DNA of 33,642 nucleotides from a virus (Duplodnaviria; Caudoviricetes), in IMG/VR virus record IMGVR_UViG_3300008110_000211, positions 1 through 33,642 of that record. One strand, written 5' to 3'. Shown here one piece after another: positions 11,837 to 20,310 of this stretch. The notes under the pieces were generated by a model. It was not told where the DNA came from. It did no database searches and saw only the letters and a list, made by a program, of their open reading frames with translations. Positions within the stretch are counted from its first letter, which is position 1. Each line of letters starts with the position of its first letter. Both the position numbers and the translations under genes were made by a program.

Positions 11837-12310
11837 ATGGACCCCGCAACAATCGCGCTTGTATTTGGGGCCGCTAAGACGGCTTTTTCTGCTATCCAAC
11901 AAGGGATTAAGTTCGGCAAAGACATTCAGTCTATGACGAGCGACGTTGCGAAACTGTATGGCTCTCTAGCAAAACTAACACAAGCTGCCGCTGAGCCGCC
12001 TAAACCCAGTGTGTTTAGCCGTCTAACAGCGGAAGAAATCGCGTTAGACATCGTCCAGAAGCGAAAGCAGGCCGCAGAGTGGGCCGAACAAGTGAAGAAC
12101 GAGTTCATCGCCGTACACGGCCTCAATGGCTGGGACGAGGTGCAAAGAGAAATCATAAAAGTTAAAAAAGAACAGCGGAGGCTAGAAGAGCAACGGCAGA
12201 GGGAATGGGAACAGCTAAAAGAAGACTTGTCGCTTTTAGGCACCGTTATTCTCGCCGCCCTTGTGTCCATAGTAACTTTAGCTGGTATTGCGTTCCTTCT
12301 CAGTAGGTGA
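11837..12310 (+). CDS. Hypothetical coiled-coil protein with a C-terminal TM helix (lysis-associated?)
   Basis: GAGG RBS. Amphipathic N-terminus, charged coiled coil, C-terminal hydrophobic stretch. Confidence 0.65.
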   Translation: MDPATIALVFGAAKTAFSAIQQGIKFGKDIQSMTSDVAKLYGSLAKLTQAAAEPPKPSVFSRLTAEEIALDIVQKRKQAAEWAEQVKNEFIAVHGLNGWDEVQREIIKVKKEQRRLEEQRQREWEQLKEDLSLLGTVILAALVSIVTLAGIAFLLSR

Positions 12311-12313
12311 CCC

Positions 12314-13033
12314 ATGAAAACATCTAAAGCTGGTATCGCTCACATTCGCGAGTTCGAAGGGGAGCGTTTGAAAGCCTACCGCTGTTCTGCAAATGTTCTC
12401 ACGATTGGGGTCGGGCATACCAGCGCCGCTGGCGCTCCCGAAGTCTGCGAAGGCATGACGATCACCGCCGACGAAAGCGCGGCGATCCTTGCTCGTGACC
12501 TTGAGAAGTTCGAGCGTGGGGTCGACAAGCTTCTTACCATCGAGGTAACTCAGAACCAGTTCGACGTTCTGGTGAGCTTTGCGTTCAACTGCGGGCTCGG
12601 GGCGCTCCAGAAGTCGACCCTCCTCAAGCGGGTCAACGAAGGTAAGTTCGACGCGGTCCCCGCTGAATTGATGAAGTGGACCAAGGCTGGCGGGAAAGAG
12701 GTCGCCGGTCTGGTTCGCCGTCGCCGGGCTGAAGCCAAACTTTGGCGGGGCGTGGACACAGAGAAACCTGTGGATATTGAGGAAGCCCGTGCGACCCCCG
12801 ACCAGCCGAAGGCTTCCAAGTCCATCGCCCAGTCTAAAGAGGCGAGCGCCGCCGTGGCCGCTGGCGGCTTGGGCACGATTGCCGTGGCTCAAGAGGTTAT
12901 CCCTCTGGTCAAAGAAGGTGGAGACATTCTATCGTCTCTCAGCCCCACGGTCCTGATCCTCGTGGTCATCGTCATCGCTGCGGGCGCTGTATGGTGGTTC
13001 CGCAAACAACGGCTGGATGAGGAGGCTGCATGA
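12314..13033 (+). CDS. Endolysin, GH24 phage lysozyme with C-terminal hydrophobic helices
   Basis: Catalytic triad pattern E-x8-C-x5-T (FEGERLKAYRCSANVLTIGVGHT). Motifs QNQFDVLVSFAFNCG and GLVRRRRAEAKLW. C-terminal TM VLILVVIVIAAGAVWWF. Confidence 0.93.
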   Translation: MKTSKAGIAHIREFEGERLKAYRCSANVLTIGVGHTSAAGAPEVCEGMTITADESAAILARDLEKFERGVDKLLTIEVTQNQFDVLVSFAFNCGLGALQKSTLLKRVNEGKFDAVPAELMKWTKAGGKEVAGLVRRRRAEAKLWRGVDTEKPVDIEEARATPDQPKASKSIAQSKEASAAVAAGGLGTIAVAQEVIPLVKEGGDILSSLSPTVLILVVIVIAAGAVWWFRKQRLDEEAA

Positions 13034-13260
13034 TCGCCTTTCTGTTCACCCCCCTTGGCCGCTACATCATGATCGGTGGCCTGATAATCGTGGCTCTTGG
13101 CGGCGTTTATGTTAAGATCAGGGCCGACGCGGTGGCTGAGATCGAAGCCGCTGCGACCGCTGACGCTCTGAAGAGGGTCCAAAATGCGATTACTGCTGGC
13201 GATGCCGCTGTTGTTAGTCCTGACCGGCTGCTCGAAAGTGATGGGCACCGCAGAGACTAA
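13030..13260 (+). CDS. Inner-membrane spanin (Rz-like)
   Basis: N-terminal TM followed by an Ala-rich helix. Immediately follows the endolysin (ATGA overlap, GGAGG RBS). Confidence 0.75.
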   Translation: MIAFLFTPLGRYIMIGGLIIVALGGVYVKIRADAVAEIEAAATADALKRVQNAITAGDAAVVSPDRLLESDGHRRD

Positions 13261-13378
13261 TCTCTCAGCTTGCTCGGTATGGCGTGACATTTCGTGGTCG
13301 TCGAAAGACACGGCGCAGACGATCACTGAAGTGAAAGTTAGCAACGCGCGCCGCGAAGGCTACTGTGGAGGTAAGTGA
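13184..13378 (+). CDS. Outer-membrane lipoprotein spanin (Rz1-like)
   Basis: Signal peptide with lipobox MRLLLAMPLLLVLTG-C. Overlaps the 3' end of the i-spanin in another frame; two further Cys. Confidence 0.8.
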   Translation: MRLLLAMPLLLVLTGCSKVMGTAETNLSACSVWRDISWSSKDTAQTITEVKVSNARREGYCGGK

Positions 13379-13572
13379 TGGCTAAGAAAGCAATGCCGTT
13401 CGGCGGCAAGATGGCGAAGCCCTTCGGTGCCAAGGAGTCCGCCAAGGAAGAAAAGATGGAAAAGAAGATGAGCAAGAAGGCTTATCTTGCTGGCGAAAAG
13501 AAAGAGATGAAGGCGGGCGTCAAGAAGATGGGCGCGTACCGTAAAGGCGGGATGGTTAAGGGGAAGTGCTGA
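13378..13572 (+). CDS. Small Lys/Met-rich basic protein
   Basis: GGAGG RBS and TGATG coupling. Ends AYRKGGMVKGKC. Confidence 0.75.
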   Translation: MAKKAMPFGGKMAKPFGAKESAKEEKMEKKMSKKAYLAGEKKEMKAGVKKMGAYRKGGMVKGKC

Positions 13573-13760
13573 TGGCTAAGAACTGGATCGCTGGAGCGAT
13601 CAAGAAGCCCGGCCAACTTCACAAAGACCTCGGGGTGCCGCAGGGGGAGAAAATCCCTGCGGCTAAACTCGAAGCCGCTGCGAAGCAGAAGGGCAAGGTT
13701 GGGCAGCGCGCCCGCCTTGCCATGACGCTCAAGAAAATGAACCGGGGCAAAGGATTCTGA
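13572..13760 (+). CDS. Small basic phage protein (NWIAGAIKKPG family)
   Basis: TGATG coupling. Motif KNWIAGAIKKPGQLHKDLGVPQGEKIPAAKL...GQRARLAMTL is recurrent in phages. Confidence 0.8.
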   Translation: MAKNWIAGAIKKPGQLHKDLGVPQGEKIPAAKLEAAAKQKGKVGQRARLAMTLKKMNRGKGF

Positions 13761-13761
13761 T

Positions 13762-14016
13762 ATGCCCAAGACCCCTGCATGGCAGCGCGCGGAAGGCAAG
13801 AACCCCAAGGGTGGGTTGAACGCCAAGGGGCGCGCTTCTTATAACAAAGCCAATCCCGGCAAGCCGGGCCTCAAGGCCCCGCAGCCGGAAGGCGGTCCGC
13901 GCCGCGATAGCTTCTGCGCGCGGATGAAAGGTATGAAGAAGAAACTTACCAGCGCCAAAACGGCTAACGATCCGAACTCGCGGATCAACAAGTCTCTGCG
14001 CGCTTGGAACTGCTGA
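13762..14016 (+). CDS. Small basic protein, DUF6321-like
   Basis: PAWQRAEGKNPKGGLNAKGRASYN...RRDSFCARMKG...SRINKSLRAWNC. Confidence 0.8.
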   Translation: MPKTPAWQRAEGKNPKGGLNAKGRASYNKANPGKPGLKAPQPEGGPRRDSFCARMKGMKKKLTSAKTANDPNSRINKSLRAWNC

Positions 14017-14024
14017 GGTAGACG

Positions 14025-15473
14025 ATGGCTGCTGTAAAGCTCAATGTCTTTGGTGGCATGATCCCGGCGATAGACACGCGTCTGCTGCCGGACCCTAACG
14101 CGACGACTTCTCGCGACACATGGCTTTACAACGGCTTTTTGTCTGGCTTCAAACAGCCAGTTTATATTCGTGATCTTGTGAACCCGGCGGCGGAACGAGT
14201 GTATCGTATTCCGCTTGATCCGTACGAGAAGACGAACTTTAACAACTCTACGTGGATGGAGTTTGAAGACCCGACTGTTGATGTAGTGCGCGGGCCGATC
14301 AACGACGACGCGTACTCTCGGTATTATTGGACCGGAGAGTCCACGGACTCACTTTATAACTCTCTTGCGCGTATTCAGGCAGGCGACCCCCCGCTGAAAC
14401 TTGGCGTCCCAGTCCCAACGGTTGCGCCTAGCATCTCTGCTCCTGAGACACCGCCTGACACAACGCCGCCCGTTGCCGCTTCAGCGACGGCTAACGCTAG
14501 TCAGATTGTCATTACGTTTACCGAAGAGCGGTTACTTAAAGCAACAGCTATCCCTCCGGGTTCAGCGTTTACTGTCGCCGCTACTGGCGTTACCTACCAA
14601 GTATCTACTTGCTTCGTCAGCGCGTACGGTCTCACCGTAACGCTTCAATTAGTAAACGCGCTGCCAGCAAACGTGGATGTAACGGTATCGTATTCCCCTC
14701 CGTCTAGTGACGTGGCGATCCAAGATAACTCTGGCAATCTTTGCGCGGCGTTTTCGCTTACGATTACTGGTTTGTCTAATGAGACGACAGACCAGACTGG
14801 ACCGGTTTTTGGGTGGGCGGACGCTGTTGCCAGTTACGTGTGGGTGTCGTTTGTCGACGAGAGCGATCTCGACGAGACGCAGATACCTTCACCGTCTGCG
14901 TGGACTGTGGTCGTCAACGGCACAGTGCGTACTGTTAGCACGGTTACCGTGATGACAGGTAAGAAGGCGTATGCGCTTCTTCTTGCATCGTCGCTTAATC
15001 CCAGCGAATCTGTACGAGTAAGCTACGTTAAACCGTCTGTTAACTATGTACGCGACGAATATGGCAACGCCGCACCGAGCTTCTCTGGACAAGTCGTTAA
15101 TAACCGCACAACCGCTGCCGATGTACCGAACGGCCCTGTTCCGACCTCTGCGGCAACGGTAAACACCAACGCTATACAAGTTGTCTTCGATAAGGCCATT
15201 GCGTCTGTCAGTTCGTGGTCGCCTGCTAATGCAAATACGCGGTTCTCGATTTCTATTAACGGCGTGACATTGTCGAGCCCAATCACCAATGGGAGCCCGA
15301 CGGCGAACTCGGTTACCTTCCAGATCAGTACGTCGGTTGTCTACGGAGACGTTATATCGCTTACCTATAACGCACCGGGGACAGGCATCACACCGTACCT
15401 ACAAGATACCGAAGGCCACGCGGCTTTGAGTTTTACAATTAAAGTCGTCAACAACGTCGTTGATGTTGTCTAG
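14025..15473 (+). CDS. N-terminal part of tail nozzle/stabilization protein fused to three SwmB-type (SWM) repeats
   Basis: aa 1-140 resemble the nozzle N-terminus (FGGMIPAIDTRLLP...DVVRGPI..D...RYYWTG...LGVPVP). From aa 145 there are three ~110-aa repeats (DTTPPV...VTVSY..P...IQD..GN...FS). Confidence 0.75.
   Translation: MAAVKLNVFGGMIPAIDTRLLPDPNATTSRDTWLYNGFLSGFKQPVYIRDLVNPAAERVYRIPLDPYEKTNFNNSTWMEFEDPTVDVVRGPINDDAYSRYYWTGESTDSLYNSLARIQAGDPPLKLGVPVPTVAPSISAPETPPDTTPPVAASATANASQIVITFTEERLLKATAIPPGSAFTVAATGVTYQVSTCFVSAYGLTVTLQLVNALPANVDVTVSYSPPSSDVAIQDNSGNLCAAFSLTITGLSNETTDQTGPVFGWADAVASYVWVSFVDESDLDETQIPSPSAWTVVVNGTVRTVSTVTVMTGKKAYALLLASSLNPSESVRVSYVKPSVNYVRDEYGNAAPSFSGQVVNNRTTAADVPNGPVPTSAATVNTNAIQVVFDKAIASVSSWSPANANTRFSISINGVTLSSPITNGSPTANSVTFQISTSVVYGDVISLTYNAPGTGITPYLQDTEGHAALSFTIKVVNNVVDVV
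14457..15470 (+). repeat. Three protein-level SwmB/SWM-like Ig-fold repeats
   Basis: Units start DTTPPVAASATAN, DQTGPVFGWADAV and VPNGPVPTSAATV. Each ends with a [VL][ST]Y..P..(I/V/L)[QR]D..G[NH]..A/P..F motif. Confidence 0.75.
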
Positions 15474-15493
15474 TCCTGATAGCGAGATAGGCG

Positions 15494-16804
15494 ATGCCGT
15501 CCACATGGGTCGAACCAATCGTAGTTTCTCGGGCGTACGTCTATACGTACGTGACAGAGTTTGGTGAAGAAGGCGCACCAAGTGAACCGGCGGTTGCCGA
15601 AGGCAACGTCGGCGAAACGTGGACGATTACTGTGACGCCTCCTACAGCGGGTATGAAGGCAGATCGCCTTCTTGATAAAACACGTATCTATCGAACCATC
15701 ACAGGCGTTACGGGTCTGGCGACTTATTTTTTCGTCGCTGAAATTGACATAGATGACACGTCGTACGCTGATAATTACGACGACGAAGAGATCGCTACGA
15801 ACAACCAGCTTAAATCTACGGGTTGGACACCGCCGCTCGACTCCTTTGACGGGTTCGTCGCTATGCCGAACGGTATGATGGCGACGTGGAAGGATAACGA
15901 AGTTTGGTTTTCTGAACCTTATCGCCCTCATGCGTGGCCCGCCGCATATCAGGTTTCGGTCGACCATCCCATCGTTGGGCTGGGCGTGATCGGCCAGACG
16001 CTTGTCATCTGCACCACTGGCCATCCATGGACGGCAACGGGCGTGCGGCCCGACATCATGTCGCTCGCCAAGATCAACGCCTACGAGCCATGCGTCTCGC
16101 GCCGCTCGATTATGTCGATGCCGGAGGGCGTCTACTACGCTTCGCCGAACGGGCTCGTCGCTGTTGTGCCCGGCGCGGTTAAAAATATGACGGCGGAGCT
16201 TATCACTCCGGCGCAGTGGAACGAATATGTCGACACCTCAACAATATACGCTGCCCGTTTCAACACGGCGTATATCGCCTATGAGTGCCCAACGGTTACG
16301 GCGGCTGGCGGCTTTCTGCTGGATATGGCGCAGCCTCGTATCTCGTACAACCTTCTAAGCGCTGAAGACGGAACGGTCGCTTTCGCTACGGATACGTGGT
16401 CGTCCACACCTCTACTCGTTAGAGACGGAGCGATCTACTACATCGCCAATCAGGACAATGAGAACATTCTTCCGTTCTTGTGGAAGTCTAAGACCTTACA
16501 GACCGCGAAGGTTGATAGCTTCCAAGCTATGAAGATTTTCTTCACCGTCACGACCGGAGCCCCGACGCTCAACCCGGTTCGCTATACGAACCTCAACATG
16601 ACGCTCCAGCCTGACATGTATGGTCTCGTGCGGCTTTATGCCGACGGGGTTCTGGTGTTTGCTCGTGAGCTGCGGACTTCGGGCGAAATTTGGAAGTTAC
16701 CTTCGGGGTATAAAGCCGAACTTTGGCAAGTCGAGGTTGAAGCGCGCATCATAATCAATGAAATCCAGATGGCGACTAGCACGAAGGAGCTTGCTGGTGT
16801 CTAG
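15494..16804 (+). CDS. C-terminal part of tail nozzle/stabilization (tail tubular B-like) protein
   Basis: RAYVYTYVTEFGEEGAPS, RIYRT, MPNGMMA...NEVWFSEPYRPHAWP, CVSRRSI, YASPNGLV, WKSK and LPSGYKA..WQVEV motifs of podophage nozzle proteins. Confidence 0.8.
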   Translation: MPSTWVEPIVVSRAYVYTYVTEFGEEGAPSEPAVAEGNVGETWTITVTPPTAGMKADRLLDKTRIYRTITGVTGLATYFFVAEIDIDDTSYADNYDDEEIATNNQLKSTGWTPPLDSFDGFVAMPNGMMATWKDNEVWFSEPYRPHAWPAAYQVSVDHPIVGLGVIGQTLVICTTGHPWTATGVRPDIMSLAKINAYEPCVSRRSIMSMPEGVYYASPNGLVAVVPGAVKNMTAELITPAQWNEYVDTSTIYAARFNTAYIAYECPTVTAAGGFLLDMAQPRISYNLLSAEDGTVAFATDTWSSTPLLVRDGAIYYIANQDNENILPFLWKSKTLQTAKVDSFQAMKIFFTVTTGAPTLNPVRYTNLNMTLQPDMYGLVRLYADGVLVFARELRTSGEIWKLPSGYKAELWQVEVEARIIINEIQMATSTKELAGV

Positions 16805-18242
16805 CCTATATACCGCTACTCCAGAACCGGCGGCAGACGGCTCTAATCAAACCGATGTTGCCCGCGCGCTCAAACAAACGTCTGAAGCCCTCATTCGCAA
16901 AAGTGAGGAACTTGAAGCCGCGATCAAAGAACTGCAAGCTGCGGTCAACACTGCGCCTCCTGAAGACCCGGCGTCTATTATCACTGGGTCTACGTCGTCT
17001 GCCGGTGGGGGAAATCTAACCCCCGCAAACGATATTGTGGACCCTATCCTCGACCGCGCTATAGAACTGATGAACGCCGCAGTGCGGCAGGCGCAAGCGG
17101 AAACTAGGACCGTTATATCTGCCCTTCGGACTGCTCTCGATAACTTTAAAGCTGGTTATGACGATACCAACGCGGTTGTGAACGCTACGATCTATGAACT
17201 GACCGCACAGGTCGGGCAGAACACGGCTTCAATTACCGAGGAAGAACTTGTTCGCGCTACCACAACGCAGGCACTTGCCGGTCGTGTTGGTAAAATAACC
17301 TCTGTAGTAAACGGCAACAGTGCTGCGATTACGACCGAAGCTGTTACACGCGCGAACGCTGATAGCGCGCTTTCCGCGCTGATAACTACTGTCGAGGCAA
17401 ACACCAACAACAACACCGCTGCGATCACCGCTGAGACTATTGCGCGTACTAACGCCGACAGCGCGCTTGGCGCTCAGATCACTACTGTAGAAGCTAAAGC
17501 TGACAATGCTACGGCTGGTGGGTTTTATCGCCTAACCGCTGTTGCGTCACCTACTAATGGTGCTACTGCTGAATTTGCTATCGAGGTACGGGCTACGGCT
17601 GGTGGGCCGTTTGTCGCGGCTGGTATGAACATTCAAGCGTTCTCCGCCGGTAACCGTCGTATTAAATTCTACACAGACCAGTTTATCGTAACGACTGGGA
17701 CAGGCGCAGACGCACTGCAACCATTCGCCATAAGTGGCGGCGTGGTATACGCAAACAACCTGATGGTTGGTAACGCCAATATTGTTAATGGTGCGATCAC
17801 CACAGCTAAAATTGATACGGCGGCGATTACATCAGCAAAGATTGGCACCGCTGAAGTCGGAACGCTAAAAATTGCTGGTAACGCCGTAACGATCCCTACT
17901 GGATACTATAATGCGGCGATTGTTGCTGGGGCTGGTATGGGCACCCCAATCATCGTCGCTGATTTGTATTTAACGCTTACCCAAGCAGGAAAAATCTTAA
18001 TTAACTTTACAGCGTCTCAAGGTTATGGCGCAGGTTTAAAAGCTAGTGACGCGTTTATGTACGTAGATGGCGTCGTCGTTAATCAGGTTCCATCTGGTGT
18101 GGCGTTTACTACGAACATGTCGATGTCTTATCAAGCTACACTTTCCGCCGGTACCTATCATATTGAAGTTGAATGGCAGGGCGAAGACAATACTATGGGC
18201 ATTTATTATCGCAGTTTGGCAGCTACAGGCATGATGCGATGA
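16797..18242 (+). CDS. Tail fibre/needle protein with coiled-coil repeats and a DUF1983 (gpJ-like) domain
   Basis: AAGGAG RBS before GTG 16797. 29-aa repeats (AITTEAVTRANADSAL / AITAETIARTNADSAL). VAAGM...TDQFIV...PFAISGGVVY...ITTAKI pattern. Confidence 0.75.
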   Translation: MSSLYTATPEPAADGSNQTDVARALKQTSEALIRKSEELEAAIKELQAAVNTAPPEDPASIITGSTSSAGGGNLTPANDIVDPILDRAIELMNAAVRQAQAETRTVISALRTALDNFKAGYDDTNAVVNATIYELTAQVGQNTASITEEELVRATTTQALAGRVGKITSVVNGNSAAITTEAVTRANADSALSALITTVEANTNNNTAAITAETIARTNADSALGAQITTVEAKADNATAGGFYRLTAVASPTNGATAEFAIEVRATAGGPFVAAGMNIQAFSAGNRRIKFYTDQFIVTTGTGADALQPFAISGGVVYANNLMVGNANIVNGAITTAKIDTAAITSAKIGTAEVGTLKIAGNAVTIPTGYYNAAIVAGAGMGTPIIVADLYLTLTQAGKILINFTASQGYGAGLKASDAFMYVDGVVVNQVPSGVAFTTNMSMSYQATLSAGTYHIEVEWQGEDNTMGIYYRSLAATGMMR

Positions 18243-18601
18243 ACGACAATATCGTCTTTACGCTGTATAAATTTGCTACTGGTGAGATGGACGCGATCAT
18301 CACCTGTCAGCAAGAAACCATCGAACTAAATACTCCTGCGGGATTTGGCCGTATTGATGGCGCGTGGGATAATGATCTTTACTATGTGCTCAATGGCGCT
18401 GCGACTGCAAAGACGCCAATGAACCCCGTCGTCACCGGCTCGATAATCTCGAACCTTCCGATCCCCTGCACGGTTCTCGTCGACTTCGTTACCTACCAAG
18501 TGGATGACGGCGTGTTCGAGTTTAGCTCGCCGTTGCCCGGCCCGTATAAATGTATAATCTCGGCAGTGCCGTACCTTACCACGGAGGTAACGCTGCCATG
18601 A
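18239..18601 (+). CDS. Tail-associated hypothetical protein
   Basis: ATGA coupling to the fibre gene. LPIPCTV...DDGVFEFSSPLPGPY pattern seen downstream of J-like genes. Confidence 0.65.
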   Translation: MNDNIVFTLYKFATGEMDAIITCQQETIELNTPAGFGRIDGAWDNDLYYVLNGAATAKTPMNPVVTGSIISNLPIPCTVLVDFVTYQVDDGVFEFSSPLPGPYKCIISAVPYLTTEVTLP

Positions 18602-18789
18602 AAGTAGTTCACATTGGCGACTATAAGCGGCGGCGCAAAGACGAGTATCCACCCATCGAAGACCTTGCCGACGCACTCTATTGGGCGGACAATGGCGACC
18701 GTAGTAAGCTCGAAGCGTACCTCGCCAAAGTTTCTGCGGTTAAAGCGAAGTACCCGAAGGTAGCGCCCAATGATCCAAATGAACAATGA
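18598..18789 (+). CDS. Small tail fibre chaperone-like protein
   Basis: GGAGG RBS and ATGA coupling. Motif YKRRRKDEYPPIEDLADALY...AVKAKYPK. Confidence 0.7.
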   Translation: MKVVHIGDYKRRRKDEYPPIEDLADALYWADNGDRSKLEAYLAKVSAVKAKYPKVAPNDPNEQ

Positions 18790-19210
18790 GGTGCACGGTC
18801 ACGCTATAGCTGAATCCGCTGGGGTAATCTTCAACCCCGTCGCCGATATTGTGATCTCTCATTTGGACAAGAACGGCGAACTGACGGGCGGAGTTATCTA
18901 CAACGGGTACACCCGCGCTTCTATCAACATGCACGTTGCCGCTTTCAGCCCCAGATGGGGGTCTCGTGACATGTTATGGGTCTGCTTCGACTATCCTTTC
19001 AACCAACTTGGGTGTAGAAAAGTATTCGGGCAGGTGCCGTCTAAGAACGACCATGCCCTTGAGTTCAACCTGAAGCTGGGGTTTAAGATCGAGACTCTCA
19101 TTCCTGATGTCTTCCCAGAAGACGATCTGATTGTTGTTTCGATGTCACGAGAAGATTGCCGCTGGCTCAACATTAAGCCGCGCACTCTGTTCCCCAAGGA
19201 GGCCGTGTAA
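18770..19210 (+). CDS. GNAT-family acetyltransferase (virion assembly associated)
   Basis: FDYPFNQLGCRKVFGQVPSKNDHALEFNLKLGFKIE GNAT motif. Usual position just before the ejection proteins. Confidence 0.85.
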   Translation: MIQMNNEVHGHAIAESAGVIFNPVADIVISHLDKNGELTGGVIYNGYTRASINMHVAAFSPRWGSRDMLWVCFDYPFNQLGCRKVFGQVPSKNDHALEFNLKLGFKIETLIPDVFPEDDLIVVSMSREDCRWLNIKPRTLFPKEAV

Positions 19211-20307
19211 TGGGTGGTAAATCTAGTCCTCCCCCTCCCCCGGATTACAGCGCCGTAGCCGCTGCGTCCGAGAAAGCGGCTGAGTATTCCTTCAGGCTCG
19301 GCCAAGAGCAGTTAGCTTGGGCTAGAGAGCAATACGCGGCTGACCGCTCGATCACTGACCAGATCGTCGGTAACGCCATGTCGGCGATGAACGCGAACCA
19401 AGCGGCGGCGGCTGCGGATCGCGCTCGCTACCAACAGACGTTCCAGCCGCTCGAAGACCAGCTTATCCGTGACGTTGAGCGTTATGGTAGCGCTGAACAG
19501 CGCGCTCTGGACGTGGGCCGCGCGCAAGCTGCGGTCGCTCAGCAGTTCGACCAAGCCCGTGCAGCGGCGATGCAGAACCTGCAAGACTATGGCGTGGACC
19601 CCACGTCTGGCCGCGCGCAGGCGCTCGACATTGGGATGCGCACCAATCAAGCTGCGGCGCAAGCTGCGGCTGGCAACCAAGCCATCGCGCAGAACGAAGC
19701 CATCACCCGCGCCATGCGGTCAGAGGCCATCAACATTGGCCGTGGGTACCCCGGCCAGATCGCTGGCACTTACGGCACCGCCCTTCAGGGCGGGCAGTTG
19801 GCGGGCAGCACCCAGCTTGGTACGACCGCTACCGGCGCGAACATTATGGGTACTCCGGCCCAGTGGCAGCAGATGGGCAACCAGTCGCTCGGCACTTGGG
19901 GCGGCATCCTGAACCAGTCCTATCAAAACCAGCTTGGAGCCTATCAAGCTGCGAACGCTGGCGGCGGCGGTTGGGGCAGTGCACTTGGCTCCATCGGCGC
20001 TGCGCTCATCACCAAAATTGAGAGCGGCGGTCCGGTTAACTCTACGGACGGTGGGCGCGTTCCTCCGCAGTCGTCGCCCACGCGCGGCGGCGCTATCGAC
20101 GATGTGCCAGCCAAACTTACGGTTGGCGAGTTCGTCGTCCCCAAAGATGTGGCGGCTTGGAAGGGCGAAGAGTACTTCCAGAAGCTCATCGACAACTCTC
20201 GTAAGGCGAAAGACGAAGCAACGGCGAAACCTACCGTTGCTCTTGAAATGCCTGAAGAGCCGACGTTCGTTTCGCGTCCTCGTGGCGGCGCATTACCTCT
20301 GGGGTAA
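19210..20307 (+). CDS. Internal virion/DNA ejection (pilot) protein
   Basis: MGGKSSPPPPPDY N-terminus, Ala/Gln-rich helices, Gly-rich hydrophobic segment, and C-terminal DDVPAKLTVGEFVVP module. Confidence 0.75.
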   Translation: MGGKSSPPPPPDYSAVAAASEKAAEYSFRLGQEQLAWAREQYAADRSITDQIVGNAMSAMNANQAAAAADRARYQQTFQPLEDQLIRDVERYGSAEQRALDVGRAQAAVAQQFDQARAAAMQNLQDYGVDPTSGRAQALDIGMRTNQAAAQAAAGNQAIAQNEAITRAMRSEAINIGRGYPGQIAGTYGTALQGGQLAGSTQLGTTATGANIMGTPAQWQQMGNQSLGTWGGILNQSYQNQLGAYQAANAGGGGWGSALGSIGAALITKIESGGPVNSTDGGRVPPQSSPTRGGAIDDVPAKLTVGEFVVPKDVAAWKGEEYFQKLIDNSRKAKDEATAKPTVALEMPEEPTFVSRPRGGALPLG

Positions 20308-20310
20308 GAC

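Noticed and set aside
15440-15500. Programmed frameshift, readthrough or sequencing error joining the nozzle halves
   Set aside because: Multiple stops in both relevant frames and no slippery heptamer at the junction. No alternative genetic code is indicated, since other genes also end at TAG.
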